Below are positions 29,351 to 39,318 of a DNA stretch of 64,000 nt, in pieces. Location of the stretch: the NCBI GenBank assembly GCA_965223705.1, contig OZ245015.1, forward strand, positions 2,880,001-2,944,000, given 5' to 3'. The notes under the pieces are model-generated. The model was not told the origin of the DNA, did no database searches, and saw only the letters and a program-made list of their open reading frames with translations. This stretch comes from Myxococcota bacterium (GTDB lineage: Bacteria > Myxococcota_A > UBA9160 > UBA6930). Positions within the stretch are counted from its first letter, which is position 1. The number at the start of each line of letters is the position of its first letter. The translations under genes were made by a program, and so were the position numbers.

Positions 29351-30833
29351 GCTCCATCCAATACAGCGGAGAGGACGCTTGCGAGCGTGCTCCCCACGAC
29401 CTGGTTCGAATGCCACTTCTCGTACCACTGCTTCGAACTGCCGGCCCAGATCCCTCGCGTAGGCCGGATCGTCCGCGAGGCGCTGCAGATGGTTCGCGAC
29501 TTGCTCGTCGGTCTCAGCGTGGCAGACGGGGGGTAGTTCTGGGAACGCCCATCGGTGTCGATCTGCGTCGAGGTTGAGCAGGACGGGACGCTCGAGGAAC
29601 ATGGCTTTCGGCGTGGTGCTCCCAAAGGCGCCGAGATAAAACTGGTCCGCCACAACGTCGCAAGCTTCGATGTATTCGGCCATCGCCAGATGGGGTTGCG
29701 GCTCGATCCAGTGCACTCGCCCTTCGATTCCCAGTTCGCGAATCAGCTGTCGCGACGCCTCAACGGTCGCTCCCCAGTTCACCAAAATCGCGGCCGCCCG
29801 CGGCGTCCCAGTTCCGAGGAACGCTGCGAAACCCCGCAGGAACACGTCGTTCCCTTTTTCCCAGGATGGATCGCGTCGAGCGTCCCAATGTTGGCGAGAT
29901 GGGTGGAACACGAGAAAGTCCGCGTCGTAATGTTCTCGGAGTTCCTCCCGAAAGCCGCGAGGAGGCAAGGTGCGCTCGTTGATGGGATGAGGAATGAAGC
30001 GGTATCGCGAAAGCTCGAGTGCCTCGGCCGCATCGACGTTATCGCAATTCGTGATCAGCACTTGATCGGCCTCTCGATACGTCGCCGCGCAGAGACGCCC
30101 CTCCTCACTGTCTTCGAACGGCAGCGCCCGGATCGTGCCGTGTTCGTAAGCGATGTAGGGCACTCCAGCGAGGAGCGGCATCCATCCTTCGGTCGCGTAG
30201 CCGATGACAACGTCGTAGCCCCGGAGCACACCCAACCATCGGGCCAAGTCGGCTTGCCGCGCAGCCAACTCTGTGTCGACGAGCCCATGATGGCGCGGCT
30301 TTGCCGCATCGCCGGCGTCTCGTTGCGTTGGGGTTTCTGCCGGCGATCAAGCGGCGCGCATAGCGCTCTAGGCTTCGGCGATCCCCCCGCACGATTTCAC
30401 CGATGATTTCAAGTATGCGAAAGGCCCGGTGGGCTCCGCGCACAGCGGGCGTTCGCAGCACGCGATCGACGGCCCAACGCCACCCCTTCTCCTTGACGCC
30501 ACCGCTCTGCATCGCCGCGAGGAGTCCGCGGCACAGAGGGCGCGGCCCCTGGACAAACCACTGTGGACGTTGCCAACGGGCGAAAACCTCTTCGGGAAAG
30601 CGGGGTGAAAAGTGGTCGCCGACATCCGAAGAAAACGAGCACTCCTCCCATTCGGGCCACGCCATCACATGGTAGTAGTTCGATACCACGACGTGATTCT
30701 CGTAGCCTAGGTCGTTGAGAATTCGTGCATTGAGATACGCATTGTTCGCGATGTTGCCGATATGCAGGACACGCGGCGCAGGTGCATGCCGTCCGGCCCC
30801 CGCCTTCACATCGCTGCAGAGCGCCTCGTTCAC
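29347..30833 (-). CDS. GT4-like glycosyltransferase with at least two apparent frameshifts
   Basis: RVLHIGNIANNAY N-terminus; YEHGTIR, EKGNDVF, DVVADQFYLG; C-terminus KQWYEKWHS..VLDGA* in another frame. Breaks near 30300 and 29435. Confidence 0.75.
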
Positions 30834-32788
30834 TCGGCGTCGACGAAGTGTCTCTGGAGCCACTCGAGCGACAACAGAGACCAGATCAAAAGGCGGTGAT
30901 TCCGCTCACCCCGAAAATGCTCGGCGAGCCGGTCGTTGAGGGCCGCGTGATCAAACCACGGCCTCCCTCGTGTTTTCGGATCGAGCAGAATGTCTCGGAC
31001 GTAGTTCATCGAGGGGCCGCGAAACCAGTTCTCATCGGGTGGCGAGAAGCCTTGCTTCTTCAGGCGAGTGAATTCGCGCGGGAGAACCGATTCCATCGCT
31101 TCCCGGAGCACGAGCTTGCCTTCGGCAGTCTCCAGATGTTGGCTCGGAGTTTTCAGGGCCGAGAATTCCATCTTGAAACGCGGCGGGAGCGTCCAAGAGA
31201 ACTCGGCGAGATCGTTGTCCAAGAAGGGAACCCGCGACTCCATCCCATGAGCCATGCTCATTCGATCTTCGATGGCCAGGAAACCCGGCATGAACGTCCG
31301 AAACTCGAACGATAGGGCGCGATTCACGAGTTGTTCTTCGAGCGCGCCCTCTCCTTTTCGAGCTTGATCGACTTCCGCGCGAAACGCGTCCCAAGTCGTT
31401 CCCAGATAGGGCCGCATCCACCGTTGGAAGATGCCTCCGAGCTCGTCGATCGGAAGCAGGCGGTGCCAATAGGAAAAGTACGCCCGATCGAAGCTGTCGG
31501 TGTCGGGGTGCGCGAGGGCCAGCCGATAGCGCCAGGGGTACCCGCCGAACAGCTCGTCGCCTCCCGCGCCGGCCAGACACACTCGCACAAACCGGCTAGC
31601 CAGCTTCGAGACGTACCAGTTCTGGTGCGACATACCGAGGCGTGGATCGTCGACATGCCAGGCCAACTGCTCCATCACGGCGGGCATGTCGCCCGCATGG
31701 AGCACGACGGCGTAGTGTTCGGTCTGAAGGAGGTGGGACAAACGTTCCGCTTCGGGACGCTCGTCGAAGCCAAGCTCGATCCCGCTCACGTTCGTCAGAT
31801 CGAAACCGCCCGTAAACGTCGGCAGGCGGTCTCGCTCTCTCGCCGCGATGGCCGTGATCGATCCAGAATCCATCCCGCCAGACAGGTAGGCGCCGACCGG
31901 CACATCACTCACCAACTGCCGACGCACGGCCCGGTCGAACAGGTGGCCGAGCTGCTCGGCTGCCTCTCCGAATGTTCCTTGGAAGGGCTCTCGGGCGCGG
32001 TTCCAATCGTGAAATTCGTAGACGCGCGGGGCTTCGTGGCTCTCGACGTTCCACTGGACGCAACTGCCTGGCTGAAGCAAATTGACTCCGCGATACATCG
32101 ACGCTCCACCGAACGTGTTTTGAAACGTCATGTACTGCGCCAAGGCTGAGGGATTGATCTCCGCTTCCACCAAGCCGGACGCGAACAGTGCCTTCGGCTC
32201 ACTCGCGAATGTGAGGGCGTCATCTGTATCGCTGTAGTAGAGCGGTTTAACGCCGAACCGGTCTCGACACAAACTGATCCTCTTGCTCTGATCGTCGTAC
32301 AGCGCGAAGGCGAACATCCCGTCGAGATAGGGAAGCGCCTGAGCACCGAACTGCGCCCACAAGTGCAGCAAGACCTCGGTGTCCGTCTTCGTCTGGAAGC
32401 GCGTTCCTCGAACCTCGAGCTCCGCTCGGAGTTCACGGTAGTTGTAGATCTCTCCGTTGAACACGACCCAGAGGCGCCGATCGGGGGTTGTCATCGGTTG
32501 ATGCCCGTTGTAGGACAAATCGAGAATCGCGAGCCGGCGATGCCCTAAAGCGAGGTCAAACGCACGGTCTGAAAGATGTTCACGCTTCTCGTCAAGCACG
32601 GGACGCCGCGGATTGAGATGCCAGAAGGCTGCGTCCCCAAACTCAACGGGGTCGTGCTGTTCGGTGGCGCGGAAAAACGCGTAACCTGCATCGTCGGGGC
32701 CGCGATGCTTCAGCGAGTCGCACATCGCACGAATTGCTCGCGGCTCAAGGACGCCCTTGCGCCGAAGGATCCCGGCAATACCGCACAT
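30830..32788 (-). CDS. asnB: Asparagine synthase-like (AsnB-type) glutamine amidotransferase
   Basis: MCGIAG, HRGPD, NGEIYN, RDRFGVKPLYY, LSGGMDS, GGDELFGGY, ESRVPFLD. Confidence 0.93.
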   Translation of the reverse strand: MCGIAGILRRKGVLEPRAIRAMCDSLKHRGPDDAGYAFFRATEQHDPVEFGDAAFWHLNPRRPVLDEKREHLSDRAFDLALGHRRLAILDLSYNGHQPMTTPDRRLWVVFNGEIYNYRELRAELEVRGTRFQTKTDTEVLLHLWAQFGAQALPYLDGMFAFALYDDQSKRISLCRDRFGVKPLYYSDTDDALTFASEPKALFASGLVEAEINPSALAQYMTFQNTFGGASMYRGVNLLQPGSCVQWNVESHEAPRVYEFHDWNRAREPFQGTFGEAAEQLGHLFDRAVRRQLVSDVPVGAYLSGGMDSGSITAIAARERDRLPTFTGGFDLTNVSGIELGFDERPEAERLSHLLQTEHYAVVLHAGDMPAVMEQLAWHVDDPRLGMSHQNWYVSKLASRFVRVCLAGAGGDELFGGYPWRYRLALAHPDTDSFDRAYFSYWHRLLPIDELGGIFQRWMRPYLGTTWDAFRAEVDQARKGEGALEEQLVNRALSFEFRTFMPGFLAIEDRMSMAHGMESRVPFLDNDLAEFSWTLPPRFKMEFSALKTPSQHLETAEGKLVLREAMESVLPREFTRLKKQGFSPPDENWFRGPSMNYVRDILLDPKTRGRPWFDHAALNDRLAEHFRGERNHRLLIWSLLSLEWLQRHFVDAE

Positions 32789-32798
32789 GCTGGACCCC

Positions 32799-33842
32799 CT
32801 AAGCCGGCTCTAGCGCCTTTTGTAGCTCCTCGACTCTCCCTTGATGAGCCCGGCGCCACTGAATGAGGCTCTCCATTCCCTCTCGCAAATCCACTTGCCA
32901 GTCGTAACCGAGGTCACGCGCTGCCGCAGTCGTCGAGCCTACGCGGTTCGTCACGAAACTCTGTTCCGACGGTAAGTACCGAACCGGCAAGTCCGATCCC
33001 GAGAGCTCTAGAAGTAGCTCCGCCAGCTCTTTGATGCTCGTCTTGATTCCGCGCCCGACGTTGTACATCCCGTAGGCTACGTCCGCCTTCAGAGCGCAAA
33101 CGTTGGCTCGTGCGATGTCACTGACGTGCACGAAATCGTACCCTTGGGATCCGTCGCCATAGACCGTCGGCGGCTCGCCACGGTCGATGCAATCGAGAAT
33201 CTTCATCATCACTGCGATGTAGGCGCCGCGGTAGTCCTGGCGCGGCCCGTAGACGTTCATGTATCGGAGACCGATGCCACTCAGCCCATAGCGCGCGTGG
33301 AACGCCTTGAGCATCTGCTCGCCTGCGATTTTCGTTGCACCGTAGAACGTCCAGTTGTTGAACGGGTGTTCTTCGTCCATCGGCTCTTCCACAGCGTCGC
33401 CGTAGACACTCGCCGAGCTCGAGTAGACGAGACGCCGCACGTCATTCGCGACGCACGCTTGCAACACGTTGAACGTGCCCCGGATGTTCACTTCGAAAGC
33501 CGACTCTGGGTATTCGTGGCAGTGCAGCAGCCACAGCGCTGCGAGATGCACGACGGAGCCGCAGCCTTCGACGGCGCGCCCGAGGAGGTCGGGCTGGCAA
33601 ATATCCCCGCCGAGATCGAAGACTCGGACGCGACGATCGAGCAGCGCTTTGTCGAGGTTCGACCGATCGCCTCGACTGAAGTTGTCGAAGATCACAATCT
33701 CCCGGACCGGCTCTCGTATCAGTGCTTCGACGACGTGCGATCCAACGAGCCCAGCACCGCCGATGACGAGAACCTTTTCGTCTTCCAGCGGGTTCGCAGT
33801 TTCTCCCACTGGGTCTACTGCCCCGCGCTCTAAGCTCACCAT
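32799..33842 (-). CDS. NAD-dependent sugar-nucleotide epimerase/dehydratase
   Basis: GGAGLVGS, SSSASVYG, YGATK, RYMNVYGPRQ, GDGSQGYDFVHV. Confidence 0.93.
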   Translation of the reverse strand: MVSLERGAVDPVGETANPLEDEKVLVIGGAGLVGSHVVEALIREPVREIVIFDNFSRGDRSNLDKALLDRRVRVFDLGGDICQPDLLGRAVEGCGSVVHLAALWLLHCHEYPESAFEVNIRGTFNVLQACVANDVRRLVYSSSASVYGDAVEEPMDEEHPFNNWTFYGATKIAGEQMLKAFHARYGLSGIGLRYMNVYGPRQDYRGAYIAVMMKILDCIDRGEPPTVYGDGSQGYDFVHVSDIARANVCALKADVAYGMYNVGRGIKTSIKELAELLLELSGSDLPVRYLPSEQSFVTNRVGSTTAAARDLGYDWQVDLREGMESLIQWRRAHQGRVEELQKALEPA

Positions 33843-33865
33843 GTGCCAGCCCCCTGAGTGTTCGT

Positions 33866-33894
33866 ATACTCGGAATAGCCTTAGGACGTGTCAA
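33866..33894 (-). promoter_or_regulatory. Candidate sigma-70 promoter for the leftward glycan genes
   Basis: Minus strand TTGACA, 17-nt spacer, GAGTAT, about 25 nt upstream of the epimerase start. Confidence 0.4.
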
Positions 33895-35117
33895 CACTGG
33901 CCAAGCAAGAGGCGTCGGGTAATCTGACCGCGGTGATTGGGGTCCGACTGAAGGTTTTTGGCTACACACTCTTGGGTATCGGCGAGACCGTAGCATTCGC
34001 TCTGTCCGGACTCGCCGCCTGCGCGTCGCGTTTTCTACGGCGGGCCGACGGACGAGTAGGCTTCGGACCCGAGCCGCTCATCAACCATGTCTTCCACCAG
34101 CGCGCACTCGAGGGTGCTCGCTACGACGCCGAGACGTTTTCTCTCCGCCCATACTACATCAGCCGAGATTTCAACTTCATTGTCGACTGGCCCCGTCCGT
34201 GGGGCTACCTCGCGCGATGGTTTCTGCTGTGGCGCGCGTTGTTTCGCTTCGACGCACTCTTCGTGTCATTCGCTGGCGGGTGTCTAGGCGGCAGTCGCTT
34301 CGCTTGGCGCTATGAGCCGTGGCTCTATCGGCTTGCGGCGATTCACACCGTGGTCCTGCCGTACGGCAGTGATGCCCAGGAAATGTCGCGCTGTCCAAAT
34401 CTCTTGTTCAAGGATGCGATTTCTCGAGACTACCCCGACCACCGTCTACGACAACGGCGCATCGAGAAGTCTCTCGAGCTATGGACTCAACACGGAGACC
34501 ACGTGATCGGTGGATGCGACTGGGTCGACTATCTACCGCATTGGGACTCTCTCACCCTGGGTCACTTCTCGATCGACACCGCAGCCGTTCGCCCCCAAGG
34601 GGGTTCACACCCGGACCGACCGCTCCGGATCGTTCACGCCCCGAACCACCGCTCCATCAAGGGAACCGAGTTTCTGGTCAAAGCGGTCGAAGAGCTGAAA
34701 GCCGAGGGGGTTGCCGTAGAACTCACGCTGATCGAGCAACAACCCAACACAACCGTGCTTCAAGCCATCGAGGAAGCCGATGTTGTGGCGGATCAGTTCG
34801 TGATCGGGTGGTACGCGATGTTCGCGTTGGAAGGCATGGCAATGGCGAAACCTGTTCTTTGCTATATCCGACCCGATCTCGAGCGTTTCTACATTCGTGC
34901 GGGGCTCCTTGAAGAAGGTGAGCTCCCGATCGTCCGCACATCGCCGGAAACGATCGCTGACGAGCTGCGACGACTCGCTGGAAACCGAGCCCTTCGAGAG
35001 GAGCTCAGTCAAAAATCGCGAGCCTATGTCTGTCGCCATCACTCGCTCGAGGCGGTCGGCGGACACTTCGGGCGCGTCCTGAGAGATCTCGGGGTGCCCC
35101 CAAGGGCGCGAGGATGA
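33888..35117 (+). CDS. GT4-like glycosyltransferase
   Basis: IVHAPNHRSIKGT, ADVVADQFVIGWYAMFALEGMAMAKPV. The true start may be downstream. Confidence 0.82.
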   Translation: MSTLAKQEASGNLTAVIGVRLKVFGYTLLGIGETVAFALSGLAACASRFLRRADGRVGFGPEPLINHVFHQRALEGARYDAETFSLRPYYISRDFNFIVDWPRPWGYLARWFLLWRALFRFDALFVSFAGGCLGGSRFAWRYEPWLYRLAAIHTVVLPYGSDAQEMSRCPNLLFKDAISRDYPDHRLRQRRIEKSLELWTQHGDHVIGGCDWVDYLPHWDSLTLGHFSIDTAAVRPQGGSHPDRPLRIVHAPNHRSIKGTEFLVKAVEELKAEGVAVELTLIEQQPNTTVLQAIEEADVVADQFVIGWYAMFALEGMAMAKPVLCYIRPDLERFYIRAGLLEEGELPIVRTSPETIADELRRLAGNRALREELSQKSRAYVCRHHSLEAVGGHFGRVLRDLGVPPRARG

Positions 35118-35986
35118 CACTGCACTCCGCGACCCGTGACAGCTTTACGCTCGCGGATCTCGTTTCCCCCGCGGAGCATTGGCGATCCCTTCGTGAAGCG
35201 GCGCGCTACTTGTACGGTCATCGCGAGTTGCTCTATGAGCTGACCGCACGAGAGATCAAAGATCGCTATGCGGGCCAGGTCTTCGGAATCCTGTGGGCGA
35301 TCGCACATCCCTTGGTCTTGGTGTCCACCTACCTGGTGATCTTCGTGTTCGTTTTCCAGGTTCGGTTCCCTGAAGGACACACCCTACCCAGGGACTACGC
35401 CACGTACATCTTGGCTGGGCTCATCCCGTGGTTGACGTTCTCGGAAGCGATGAACCGCTCGTGTATCTCGATCGTTTCGAATCGTGCTCTCGTTAAACAA
35501 GTCGTGTTTCCGATCGAAATCCTCCCGATTCGGTCGGTGCTCGCAACCATGGTGTTTTTCTCCGTGACGATGGTTGCGCTCGTTCTCTACTCACTCGTTC
35601 GCTTCGGTAGCGTTCCAGGAACGTTCGGCCTCGTCTTCATCTTGGCGCTCTGCCAGATCCTCGCCATGTCGGGTGTCGGGTTGCTGCTGGCCGGTCTCGG
35701 TGCGTACTTCAGAGATGCGAAAGACGTCGTGCAGGTCTTCAGTCTGATCGGACCGTATTTGATCCCGGCGTTCTTCCTGCCGCAGTGGGTCCCTGCGGCT
35801 CTCAAACCCGTCCTCTTTGCGAACCCGTTCAGCTACCTCGTCTGGTGCTTCCAAGACGCCTGCTATTTCGGCCGTATCGAGCACCCCATCGCATGGGTCG
35901 TTTTCCCCCTGATGTCGGTCGCCGTGTTCTCGGTCGGTTTCATGAGCTTCCGTCGACTCAAGTTCGCGTTCGGAAATTTTCTGTGA
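35114..35986 (+). CDS. wzm: Polysaccharide ABC transporter permease (Wzm-like)
   Basis: REIKDRYAGQVFGILW, GLIPWLTFSE, LVKQVVFP, YFRD, NPF; about six TM segments. Confidence 0.92.
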   Translation: MTLHSATRDSFTLADLVSPAEHWRSLREAARYLYGHRELLYELTAREIKDRYAGQVFGILWAIAHPLVLVSTYLVIFVFVFQVRFPEGHTLPRDYATYILAGLIPWLTFSEAMNRSCISIVSNRALVKQVVFPIEILPIRSVLATMVFFSVTMVALVLYSLVRFGSVPGTFGLVFILALCQILAMSGVGLLLAGLGAYFRDAKDVVQVFSLIGPYLIPAFFLPQWVPAALKPVLFANPFSYLVWCFQDACYFGRIEHPIAWVVFPLMSVAVFSVGFMSFRRLKFAFGNFL

Positions 35987-37212
35987 CGGCCGCGATCACA
36001 GCCAGATCGCTCTCGAAGAACTTCCGTGTCTTCAAGCATCCGAAGGATCTTCTGATCGAGCTACTCACCGGCCGCGAGAGACACACCTCGAACGCTGCGC
36101 TCTCGGATGTTTCTTTCACCGTGAGAAAGGGCGAGGTCCTCGGAATCATCGGCCGGAACGGGGCGGGAAAAAGCACGCTCCTCAAGATTCTGGCGGGCGT
36201 TCTCGAGCCCTCGCAAGGCCAAGTCGAAGTCAACGGCAGAGTCTCCGCGATTCTCGAACTCGGAACCGGCTTCAATCCGGAGTATTCGGGCCGGGAAAAC
36301 ATCGTGATGGGCAGTATCTGCCTCGGGTTGTCGCGGGCGGATGCGGAATCGCGAATCGACGACATCGTCGAGTTCAGCGAGCTGGGCACCGTCATCGACC
36401 ACCCCTTCAAGACCTACTCTTCGGGGATGCAAGCGCGGCTGACGTTCTCCACAGCGATCCATGTCGACCCGGACATTCTGATCGTCGATGAGGCGCTATC
36501 GGTGGGCGATGCGCTCTTTCAACGGAAGTGTTTCCGAAAACTCCGCGAGGTTTCCGACTCTGGCAAAACCATCCTGTTTGTGAGTCATGCTATCTCCGCC
36601 GTGTACGACTTGTGCGACTCGTGTCTACTCCTCGAGGCCGGTCGCCTTGTTGCGCAAGGAGATCCACGGGAAGTGAGCTACGAGTACGAACGGGTACTCC
36701 AAAGCTCGTCGAGAGAAGAAGCATCGACACCGGTTTCGCGAGGCTTTGTCGAGCAAGAAGTCGATTCGCCTGCGCAGATCGTCTCCGCCACCATCGAGAC
36801 GACCGCCGGGCAGCCGATCGAGACGATCGAAAGTGGCAAGCGCTACCACACGAGAATTCGGATTCGCTGCAATGAGACCGTCGAAGACCTGAACATCGGT
36901 TTTCGTATCGCGCGTACCAACGGCGCGATCCTTTATTCGACGAACACCCAGCTTCATGACCACTATATTGAAGGAACCAAGGGTGCCGAGTTTGATTGGG
37001 AACTCACGTTCCCTTGCCCGCTCGCGCCAGGCCGATACATCCTCGACGCCGGAGTGACACGAATGAACAGCGCATTCGATCACGAGTTCCTCCACCACGT
37101 CGTTGAAGCGCGCACGTTCGATGTTGTCGGCGTCGCGCCGTTCAGTGGCGAAGTCGACTTGGGGTTCACGTCGAACGGAGTCAAGCCCACTCACGGAAAG
37201 GTACTCCGATGA
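35983..37212 (+). CDS. wzt: Polysaccharide ABC transporter ATPase with C-terminal Wzt carbohydrate-binding domain
   Basis: GTG at 35983; GRNGAGKS, YSSGMQARL, LIVDEALSVGD; C-terminal beta domain containing LAPGRYIL. Confidence 0.93.
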   Translation: MTAAITARSLSKNFRVFKHPKDLLIELLTGRERHTSNAALSDVSFTVRKGEVLGIIGRNGAGKSTLLKILAGVLEPSQGQVEVNGRVSAILELGTGFNPEYSGRENIVMGSICLGLSRADAESRIDDIVEFSELGTVIDHPFKTYSSGMQARLTFSTAIHVDPDILIVDEALSVGDALFQRKCFRKLREVSDSGKTILFVSHAISAVYDLCDSCLLLEAGRLVAQGDPREVSYEYERVLQSSSREEASTPVSRGFVEQEVDSPAQIVSATIETTAGQPIETIESGKRYHTRIRIRCNETVEDLNIGFRIARTNGAILYSTNTQLHDHYIEGTKGAEFDWELTFPCPLAPGRYILDAGVTRMNSAFDHEFLHHVVEARTFDVVGVAPFSGEVDLGFTSNGVKPTHGKVLR

Positions 37213-38195
37213 GCTCCCCCCACGAGCAGGCCTCCGCTTTTCTGGCGGGCCACCCGCGACTCAGGCGAGCCCTCGACATTCCTTTCGTCGGATCCTTCGC
37301 TCGCGCGGCGTTTCGGCAAGTGAACGCAATTCGAGCGATTGGGAGCGGAGCCAAACACTTGGCGGTTCTCGAATCTCGCTATGACGACATCCACCACAAG
37401 CACCGAGAGCTCATCAAGCGACTCGCCGAGCTTGAGCTTCGCGCAACGGAACGCGATCAAGAGCTGCGTATCGCGCTTCTCGAAGAGAGACGTCAGCGGC
37501 CACCGGCGCCTCGCCAAGCCCGTTCGGTCGCCGTGACGCGCGATGTGCGAATGGACGAAGCGATGTGCGAGCTCTCGCGCCTGGCTCCGGCAGCCTACAA
37601 AGAGTGGGAACGACTTCTCCACGAGAACGAGCGCACGTATCGCGGGCTCCCTACACACAGCTGCAGCGTCGACAGCCATGAGGTTGCGAGACACTTCGCA
37701 TCGTTCATCGCTCCCTTGTTGGGCGGGACCGTGCTCGACATCGGCTGCGGTCCGCAGGCCACCCCATCCTATCTCGACGGCGTTGCTGCGGACCGCATCG
37801 CAGGCATCGACCCACTGCTGCCTTATCAAGACCATCCGTTTGCGTTCGCGCAAGGCGTTGCGGAGTTTCTCCCGTGGGAAGACGGTACCTTCGATCTCGT
37901 ATTGGCGGCGACCTCGCTCGACCATGTCCTACTCCTCGACAGGACTTTCGACGAGATCACCCGCGTGTTGCGCCCCGCCGGCCACTTCGTCGCATGGGTT
38001 GCCTTTGTCGAAGGCGCGGCCAGCTATGAGCCCTACAGCGGAAACCCCACCCCCGTCGACGACTACCATCTTTTCCATTTTGATCGGGACTGGTTCGAGG
38101 ACGTCGTTTCGAAGTATTTCGACATCGATGAGAAATTTCACCTGAACTCGCTCGGGTCGAGCTTCTACACCATGTCTCCACGGAGATCCTCTTAA
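37209..38195 (+). CDS. Class I SAM methyltransferase with N-terminal coiled coil
   Basis: VLDIGCG, AEFLPWEDGTFDLV, RVLRPAG; heptad-like LESRYDDIHHKHRELIKRLAELELR. Confidence 0.85.
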   Translation: MSSPHEQASAFLAGHPRLRRALDIPFVGSFARAAFRQVNAIRAIGSGAKHLAVLESRYDDIHHKHRELIKRLAELELRATERDQELRIALLEERRQRPPAPRQARSVAVTRDVRMDEAMCELSRLAPAAYKEWERLLHENERTYRGLPTHSCSVDSHEVARHFASFIAPLLGGTVLDIGCGPQATPSYLDGVAADRIAGIDPLLPYQDHPFAFAQGVAEFLPWEDGTFDLVLAATSLDHVLLLDRTFDEITRVLRPAGHFVAWVAFVEGAASYEPYSGNPTPVDDYHLFHFDRDWFEDVVSKYFDIDEKFHLNSLGSSFYTMSPRRSS

Positions 38196-38199
38196 CGCT

Positions 38200-39318
38200 G
38201 TGAAGATTCTTCACTGTCCGTCGAGTGTCGGTGGAAATCCGCAGGGCCTCGCGCGGGCAGAGCGAGCGATCGGCCTCGACAGTCACTCCGTCATCCTTCG
38301 TAGCAGCCCCTTTGGTTACGCCGCCGACGAAAGCCTCCACGAACCAGGCATGTCTCCCGTCCGCTTCGAGGTTCGTCGTTGGAGACTCTTGTGGCAGGCA
38401 TTGCGCCACTATGACGTCATTCACTTCAACTTCGGACGCTCGATCCTACCGAGCCTCGAGTCCGAAGCAGCCGTCTCCGCCCTTTCGAGCAGCCGTGTCG
38501 TTCGATCCGCGTACTCTCTCTACGCCGGAGTTTTGGAGTTTCGGGATCTTCCCTGGTTGAAGAGAGCGGGTAAAGCGATAGCCGTGACCTTTCAGGGAGA
38601 CGACGCCCGACAAGGGGACCGGTGGGCGGCAGACGGGGCGAAAACTCACATTCCTCCGGGCTACTACTCGCCGGAAAAAGATCGGCGGCGCCGCGACGTG
38701 ATACGTCGCTTCGACCGGTACGCGGACCTGATTTTCGCACTCAATCCCGATCTGCTTCGGGTCCTCCCCGAACGCGCACAGTTCATGCCGTACGCTCACG
38801 TCGACCCGAACGAGTGGAAGCCCGTATCTCCGCACAACGACCGCTTGGTCATCGCACATGCCCCAACGCACGAAGGGATCAAAGGAACGACTTTCGTCCG
38901 GCAAGCCGTCGAGCAACTTCGACGAGACGGACTCGAGTTTGAGTTTCGCCTGCTTCAAGGCCTTTCGCACAGCGAGGTCAGAACGGAACTCGAGTCCTGC
39001 GATCTCCTTGTCGATCAACTCCTGCTCGGCTGGTACGGCGGCATTTCGGTCGAGGCCATGGCTTTGGGGCTTCCGGTGGTGTGCTACGTACGTGACGAAG
39101 ACCTGGGCGCTATTCCCGCAGAAATGAAACGCAGCCTTCCACTGATTCGCGCGACCCCCGAAACCATCGCGTCTGTGCTTCGGGAGACCGTCGCTCTCGG
39201 TCGAGACGGTCTGCGTCCGCACCGGAAGGCCAGCCGCGCCTTTGTGGAGCGATGGCATGACCCGACGTCCATCGCTCGTCATTTGAGAAGCTGCTACGAG
39301 AGCGTCGTCAATCCGTAA
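38200..39318 (+). CDS. GT4-like glycosyltransferase
   Basis: MKILH, IAHAPTHEGIKGT, DLLVDQLLLGWYGGISVEAMALGLPV. Confidence 0.85.
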   Translation: MKILHCPSSVGGNPQGLARAERAIGLDSHSVILRSSPFGYAADESLHEPGMSPVRFEVRRWRLLWQALRHYDVIHFNFGRSILPSLESEAAVSALSSSRVVRSAYSLYAGVLEFRDLPWLKRAGKAIAVTFQGDDARQGDRWAADGAKTHIPPGYYSPEKDRRRRDVIRRFDRYADLIFALNPDLLRVLPERAQFMPYAHVDPNEWKPVSPHNDRLVIAHAPTHEGIKGTTFVRQAVEQLRRDGLEFEFRLLQGLSHSEVRTELESCDLLVDQLLLGWYGGISVEAMALGLPVVCYVRDEDLGAIPAEMKRSLPLIRATPETIASVLRETVALGRDGLRPHRKASRAFVERWHDPTSIARHLRSCYESVVNP

